Source of the DNA: an uncultured Candidatus Binatia bacterium
GTDB lineage: Bacteria > Desulfobacterota > Binatia > UBA9968 > CAXXLF01
Assembly (NCBI GenBank): GCA_965218425.1
Contig: OZ244621.1
Span: forward strand, 320,001-384,000
Reading direction: 5' to 3'
DNA: 64,000 nucleotides
How positions within the stretch are numbered: the first letter of the stretch is position 1; each line of letters begins with the position of its first letter. A program made the position numbers and the translations under genes. The notes beneath the pieces were generated by a model. That model saw nothing but the letters and a program-made list of their open reading frames with translations. It did no database searches and was not told the origin of the DNA. Below, in pieces: positions 58,842-64,000 of this stretch.

Positions 58842-59831
58842 TCAACTGAGATAACCGCGTTCCTTCCAGAAGCGCTCCGCCGCAGGGTGCAGCGGGATAT
58901 CCAGCGGACCTTCCGGCGTATCCTTGCACATACGCTCTAACGGCAACGGCCCCTCACCCTGCCATGGGATATGCTCCTTCCTCGCCTCCAAAGCCTGGCA
59001 AAATGACGTGATCACCTCGTCGGACACGTCGGCATGGGTATAGATGGGCCAGCCGCTGAAATCCAGGGCCAACACATCCCCCGGCAGCTTGGACCACCTT
59101 TCCTTCTTGATGTAGGAGCGTCGAAACCCCATGGACTCCAGCTTTTCAACCACCGACTCCTGCAGGGGCAAGACCCTCATCCCCGCATCCAGGGCAAGCC
59201 CCACCCAGGCATTGACCGCCTCGTCGAAGATGGCGTCCACATCACCCCGTTTGACGAGATCGATGCGGGTCAACTCATAATTCTTACCCGAAGTGGAAAT
59301 GCCGTTGGGGAGCCCGGGGTCATAGCGCACTTGGCCACCCCAGGACTCAATGTCCTCAAGAGAGAACCCCATGGTTTCCAGCACGACTTTTTCGAAAAAG
59401 TGATTGCTATGATCCCGTTGCCCTCGGAGGGAAACACGAAGGGGATACTTCTTGTCCCGAATATCCTCCAAGGAAGTCAAACCAGTGCTCTCACTGACCG
59501 CAAAGGCGTAGGAATCAAGGGAGGGTATAACGGCAATTGCCCGCAAGGGAATAGGCTCCTTGAAGGGTCCCGTCCCTCGTAGAGCAAGGGTAACAGGCTC
59601 CGCGGGGTTGATGATCGCCAGTTGAACCTCCCCCCGGGCCACCCCGTCGATGGCCTCAAAACTATCACTCCCGAACAGGACCACGGGTTTTGCGTCCCCC
59701 CCTTGAGGTCTGAGGGTTACGCTAGCCTGTTGCAAGGGCCAACTGTTATCGGCGGCCAACTGGGCGGCCATCTCCAATACGAGTTTAGAACGGGTTACCA
59801 CGGGACGCGCATAACGAGGGCGCTGCTGCAT
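58842..59831 (-). CDS. TAXI-like solute-binding-fold protein, no evident signal peptide
   Basis: GTGPF..PIPLRAI, GLTSLEDI, GDVDAIF, PLHPAAERFWKERG C-terminus typical of TAXI. Start from an AAGGAG RBS. Confidence 0.8.
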   Translation of the reverse strand: MQQRPRYARPVVTRSKLVLEMAAQLAADNSWPLQQASVTLRPQGGDAKPVVLFGSDSFEAIDGVARGEVQLAIINPAEPVTLALRGTGPFKEPIPLRAIAVIPSLDSYAFAVSESTGLTSLEDIRDKKYPLRVSLRGQRDHSNHFFEKVVLETMGFSLEDIESWGGQVRYDPGLPNGISTSGKNYELTRIDLVKRGDVDAIFDEAVNAWVGLALDAGMRVLPLQESVVEKLESMGFRRSYIKKERWSKLPGDVLALDFSGWPIYTHADVSDEVITSFCQALEARKEHIPWQGEGPLPLERMCKDTPEGPLDIPLHPAAERFWKERGYLS

Positions 59832-59856
59832 AAGAACTCTCCTTTCGAACTTCCGA

Positions 59857-61518
59857 TCAACGCTGAGACGGAAATCCTTCCTTAGAGTCGAGGGCCACAT
59901 CCACGAGGGTGGGCCTGCCGGAATCCAGTCCTTTCTGGATGGCAGAGTGGATCTCATCCGGGTGTTCCACCCGGATCCCTTCGCATTTAAATTCCTTTGC
60001 GATATTGGCAAAGTTCAATCCAGGGACGAAGTTCATCTCCTGGCTAAGGGCATACTCCCTCATATGGTTTTTTTCCAGGAGGTAGGTTCCATTATTGAAA
60101 ACCACCACCACAATCGGGATGTTATATCGGGCCGCCACCTCCAATTCGGAGATGATGCCGCACATGATCCCGCCGTCACCTTCAAAACAGATGACCCTCT
60201 TATCCGGCGCCGCGAGCTTGGCCCCGATGGCCATGGGGATGCCGGTCCCAATGGCACCTGTCCCCCTGGGTGTAATAAAGGTGGGGCCTGATTCCACAAA
60301 GGTGTGGCTGGTGGCCCACATGAAAGGGCTTGACCCGTCGGATACCAAAATCGTATCGGGTCCAATAAATTCCTGCACCTCCCTCATCAAACGGGCCGGA
60401 TGAATGGGCACCGTATTGGAGTTGGCCCGCGCCGCGTTGTCCTCACGCCACAGATGGAGCAGACTTCTGATTTCATCGGCGCGTGACATTTTCGGCCGAA
60501 ATGACTGTCTCCTAAGTTCGTTGACGAGGGCTTCCAGGGCAAGCCTTGCATCGGCAATCATCCCCACTCGAGTCTGGTAGTTTCTGCCGATCTCCTTCTG
60601 GTCAATGTCGATATGAATAAGGGTGGAACCTGGATCAGGGACGGACCAACGGGCGGTGGCCATCTCATTGGTGCGGGTTCCCACCAGCAGCACAGCGTCC
60701 GAGTCTTTGACAATCCGTTCCGACACCCGTCCCCTGCCCAACCAACCACCCACCACGGCACCCGTGGGACCGGCGCTAAGGGGGTGCTTCTCCGGGAAGG
60801 CGCCCTTCCCTGAAATGGTTGTGGCCACGGGCAATTGACCCAACTCGGCGAGTTCCTTCAGCGCATCCCACCCACGGGAAAGGTTTACCCCACCGCCGGC
60901 AATGATGCAGGGCCGTCGTGCCTGGCGCAAAGTCTCGACGGCCTTCTCAACCTGGCCTGGTTCAGGAGATATCCTCATTGCCGGGAAGCTGGCATATTCT
61001 TCTTCCGCAAAGGGTTCTGCGTCGATATGATGCTGAGGAGAAAAAGTCGCCCCCATGCCTCGTATGTTTAAGACCACGGGACCGGGTCTACCCGTGGTGG
61101 CCATGCGAAAGGCCTTGCGAAGCATTTCCGGTGCCTTGGCCATGTCCGTGATGTCACCAATCCATTTTGACACGGGCTTGACCATTCCCATCTGGTCCTG
61201 CTCGTAGAGTGCGTTCTTCCCCTCACTGGACGTGGCTAGACCTTCCATGAGGACTATGATGGGAACCGATGAGTTCCACGCCTCGGTCAGTGCCATGATG
61301 ACGTTCATGGTGCCCGGCCGGTTCAAGGTAATGACTCCGGGCTTCCCACTGATACGCGCATAGCCATAGGCCATGAGGCCGGCGGAGGTTTCGTGATGGA
61401 TATTGATGGGCCTGATCTTGGACAGGTCCATTTCGGGATAAACACGCATCCCAAAGACCTGCGGAATACCGTATTGAATCAGCATCTCGGTGAAGTGGTT
61501 ATAGACATGGGCTTTCAT
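59857..61518 (-). CDS. TPP-binding enzyme (acetolactate synthase-like)
   Basis: HETSAG, GYARISGKPG, GRPGPV, EGDGG...FNNG. Confidence 0.92.
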   Translation of the reverse strand: MKAHVYNHFTEMLIQYGIPQVFGMRVYPEMDLSKIRPINIHHETSAGLMAYGYARISGKPGVITLNRPGTMNVIMALTEAWNSSVPIIVLMEGLATSSEGKNALYEQDQMGMVKPVSKWIGDITDMAKAPEMLRKAFRMATTGRPGPVVLNIRGMGATFSPQHHIDAEPFAEEEYASFPAMRISPEPGQVEKAVETLRQARRPCIIAGGGVNLSRGWDALKELAELGQLPVATTISGKGAFPEKHPLSAGPTGAVVGGWLGRGRVSERIVKDSDAVLLVGTRTNEMATARWSVPDPGSTLIHIDIDQKEIGRNYQTRVGMIADARLALEALVNELRRQSFRPKMSRADEIRSLLHLWREDNAARANSNTVPIHPARLMREVQEFIGPDTILVSDGSSPFMWATSHTFVESGPTFITPRGTGAIGTGIPMAIGAKLAAPDKRVICFEGDGGIMCGIISELEVAARYNIPIVVVVFNNGTYLLEKNHMREYALSQEMNFVPGLNFANIAKEFKCEGIRVEHPDEIHSAIQKGLDSGRPTLVDVALDSKEGFPSQR

Positions 61519-61602
61519 AGACTCTGTGCTGTCCTTCCAGTTGGGATAGGGATCGCCGTTTGAGCAGCAACCCCCGGTAGTGACTGAGGAGACAAACGGA
61601 GC

Positions 61603-62811
61603 TTACGCGGCCGCGCCCGCTATCTTTTGCAGCGCCGGGCGCAGTGGAGACGGCACCTGGTGCTTCATGATAATCTCCTTGCGCTCGCAGCGAGAATCGA
61701 TCATCGCAATACATGCCTCCAAGGTTGCTCGGCCCCAGCGCACGTCGGGAAAGGACGGCTGACTCTCTCTGATGGCATCCACCAACGCCTGGATCTCCCC
61801 GGCACGTAGCTCTCGTTCAGTCATGAGAACTTCTTCCCGCCCTTTCTCCGTATACACGTATAGGCCATCGGGGGATTGGCGGATATCTCCGTTCTCACAG
61901 CTTACGATCATGAGCCCGAAGAAATCCTGTTTTCTCTCTCCTCCAGCGCTAAACGCCTCGATGGAGTACTGAGGAAGGTTATAAAACTCTTGTGCCGCAA
62001 TCGGCCCTTTCGCTCTCGGCTTGGGTCCTAACATGGTGTTCTCGTCCACACGTCTCCCCCCTTCTCCGATCCCCCATGTTAGCTCGCGGATATCAAAATT
62101 CGCATAGCCGTTGAAGCTAACCATCGCCGTGGGCCCATCCTCAAAATCGATAAACGCGTGGTAGTCACCCTCGACATCGTAGCTAGGGTGCCACTTTCCC
62201 GCCGTTCCACGCACACCACGAATCATCCCTCCAGCCAGATAGCGCACCACGTCCATCTGATGCGGTCCCTGCCGAAAGACAGAGCCACCCCCGCGCTTTG
62301 GGTCTAGTGTATGTGCCTCCCAGGGCCGTTGAATCCAGTCATTATACATCCACGTGTTGATGTGAATGATCCTCCCCAGACGCCCGCTGGCAATCATGTC
62401 CCCCATTTTTCGAACGTAAGGGCGGTGAATGCGGCTGTGCCCTTGGACATACTTAACGCCATTACGCTCAATGGCATCAACCATGCGGTTCGCCTCGTCA
62501 ATCGAGATGGCCATAGGCTTCTCACATATAACGTGCTTACCATGGTCCGCGGAGATGATCGTATGTTCGGCATGGAAATTATTGGGCGTGGCCACCCATA
62601 CAGCATCCACGGGGCCGTGCTTGCACATATCCTCGATTTGCGTGAAGCCCTCGACGCCGAAGCGCTTTTTAAACCGGTCCACTTCGTCGGCTCGAATATC
62701 GCATACGGCCGTAAGCTCCGCACCTTCCGTTTGCTCGATACTCCCAAGCACCTGGCGCGCCGCGATGCCAATCCCGACGATCCCCACTCGGACAACAGTG
62801 TTCTCAGCCAT
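61603..62811 (-). CDS. Gfo/Idh/MocA oxidoreductase, OphB/Pht4-like dihydrodiol dehydrogenase
   Basis: GIVGIG, ATPNNFH, CEKPMA, WMYNDWIQRP, QGPHQMD, WGRATLEAC. Confidence 0.85.
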   Translation of the reverse strand: MAENTVVRVGIVGIGIAARQVLGSIEQTEGAELTAVCDIRADEVDRFKKRFGVEGFTQIEDMCKHGPVDAVWVATPNNFHAEHTIISADHGKHVICEKPMAISIDEANRMVDAIERNGVKYVQGHSRIHRPYVRKMGDMIASGRLGRIIHINTWMYNDWIQRPWEAHTLDPKRGGGSVFRQGPHQMDVVRYLAGGMIRGVRGTAGKWHPSYDVEGDYHAFIDFEDGPTAMVSFNGYANFDIRELTWGIGEGGRRVDENTMLGPKPRAKGPIAAQEFYNLPQYSIEAFSAGGERKQDFFGLMIVSCENGDIRQSPDGLYVYTEKGREEVLMTERELRAGEIQALVDAIRESQPSFPDVRWGRATLEACIAMIDSRCERKEIIMKHQVPSPLRPALQKIAGAAA

Positions 62812-62885
62812 GTGACCTAGCTCCTTTGTTTTCGGCCCACTCCATATTGGAAACGTTCACTGGATCCAGAAAACCGCCTTGAAAC

Positions 62886-64000
62886 TCATTCGGGACGCGG
62901 CCGGGCAGTGCCGAATGGGACTTCAAAAACCTCGTGTCTGCTATCAAAGACTTCCTTCTTGGTTCGTACGCGGCTCAGTTCGATTCCCTTCCGTCGCGCT
63001 CCTGCGCGGGTGTCCCGCTCTGAGCACCATCCTTCGAGGTCGATGGCCTTGTTGTCGCCCAGGTCACGAATGATGTTCATAGGTTCCCCACCCCGCTCAA
63101 CCACCTCGATCTGTTCCTTCAGCATCTTGCGATACATGATTATTCCGCGATCGGACATCCCCACGTGCTCTTCATCCCGCCCATAGATCTGCCCCTGGGT
63201 TTCCCAGGCCATCTTGTCCTGGCTATAGAAGGTATTCATTGTATATTCGCCATCAGGATAGGTCTGAGGCGGGGGGTCTTCCAGCGGCGGTTCCTCCGGT
63301 TGCGCAACAGGCTCCCCATCGTCGCTGGGTTTGAAAAGGACGACGTAGATTTCCGTATGGGTATCGTCCACGGGAACCCGCCAGTGCATAGCGCTCCAGA
63401 TATCCGATTGCCGAAACATAGTAGGAAAGACGAGTGGATTGCCCCATCCGGATCCGGCAGTATCGCCTTCGTACTCCCAGCTTTTCAGTAGACCCCACTG
63501 AAACGGCTGGAAACCATACCGGGCAAACGGACGTCCCAAAAACCCGGTGGACATGGTGCTTCGTCCCGCCTTTTTGAAGGCATAGGCGTGGAGGATTGAG
63601 GTATGGACAAAATCCATTGTGTTCTCGACTGCCTGTAGCCAATTGCAGTTCAACGTCTCCTGGCGTTCGATTCTCCGGTGACCCCGGTCCCAAACGAGGA
63701 TGTCCCACCGCGGTAACAAGGGAGCCGGTTCCGGTCCCATGTAGGCGAACAAGAGACCTGCGAGTTTCTGGACCGGGTAGGCCCTATGCCGGATACTTTC
63801 CTTGAATTTAGGATTGGGCTCGAAGGGCTGCTCAAGACAACTGCCGGAGCGGTCGTAAAGCCACCCGTGGTAAGGACACCTTAGGCCACCATTTTCCAGG
63901 AAACCATAGTACAGGGAAGTGCCCCTATGGGAGCAGTGCTCTTCCAGGAGACCGAATTCGCCCTTCTCGTCCCGAAACAGCACCAGATCCTCTCCCAAGA
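62886..64000 (-). CDS. Rieske oxygenase alpha subunit (phthalate dioxygenase/LigXa-like), 5' end beyond the window
   Basis: CSHRG...CPYHGW, ENTMDFVHTSILH, QD..AWETQG, SDRG. Confidence 0.92.
   Translation of the reverse strand, partial: LGEDLVLFRDEKGEFGLLEEHCSHRGTSLYYGFLENGGLRCPYHGWLYDRSGSCLEQPFEPNPKFKESIRHRAYPVQKLAGLLFAYMGPEPAPLLPRWDILVWDRGHRRIERQETLNCNWLQAVENTMDFVHTSILHAYAFKKAGRSTMSTGFLGRPFARYGFQPFQWGLLKSWEYEGDTAGSGWGNPLVFPTMFRQSDIWSAMHWRVPVDDTHTEIYVVLFKPSDDGEPVAQPEEPPLEDPPPQTYPDGEYTMNTFYSQDKMAWETQGQIYGRDEEHVGMSDRGIIMYRKMLKEQIEVVERGGEPMNIIRDLGDNKAIDLEGWCSERDTRAGARRKGIELSRVRTKKEVFDSRHEVFEVPFGTARPRPE

Noticed and set aside
1..64000. CRISPR arrays, rRNA, prophage, defence systems, retrons or DGRs
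   Set aside because: No regularly spaced repeats, reverse transcriptase, nuclease or phage structural motifs seen by eye.

Overview
Bacterial chromosomal window dominated by accessory catabolic genes for aromatic or heteroaromatic acids. It encodes 2 Rieske oxygenase alpha subunits, 2 OphB/Pht4-like Gfo/Idh/MocA dehydrogenases, 3 UbiD-family decarboxylases, 3 class III (LigB/LigZ-like) extradiol dioxygenases, 5 VOC proteins, 4 cupins, 3 ornithine cyclodeaminase/mu-crystallin proteins, 2 TPP enzymes, 2 amidohydrolases, 2 intact alpha/beta hydrolases, a DapA-like aldolase and several Fe3+/polyamine-class ABC transporter components. This paralog-rich profile resembles Candidatus Binatia-like Deltaproteobacteria (inference only; no marker gene is present). 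Also present are three tRNAs (Arg-CCT, Gln-CTG, Glu-CTC), three full-length IS elements (ISNCY/rve-type, IS481, IS3), IS110 and RAYT remnants, and about ten gene relics. I found no intact transcription regulator, Rieske reductase/ferredoxin or UbiX. The most interesting signals are: (1) a UbiD whose conserved Arg and first Glu are replaced by Asn and Arg, paired with a canonical UbiD in a Rieske operon; (2) a TAXI-fold protein with no signal peptide and no transporter, embedded among ring-cleavage enzymes; (3) two different IS elements whose 5-bp target duplications directly abut TTGACA -35 boxes. All family calls are from motif recognition and recalled family knowledge, not database searches.
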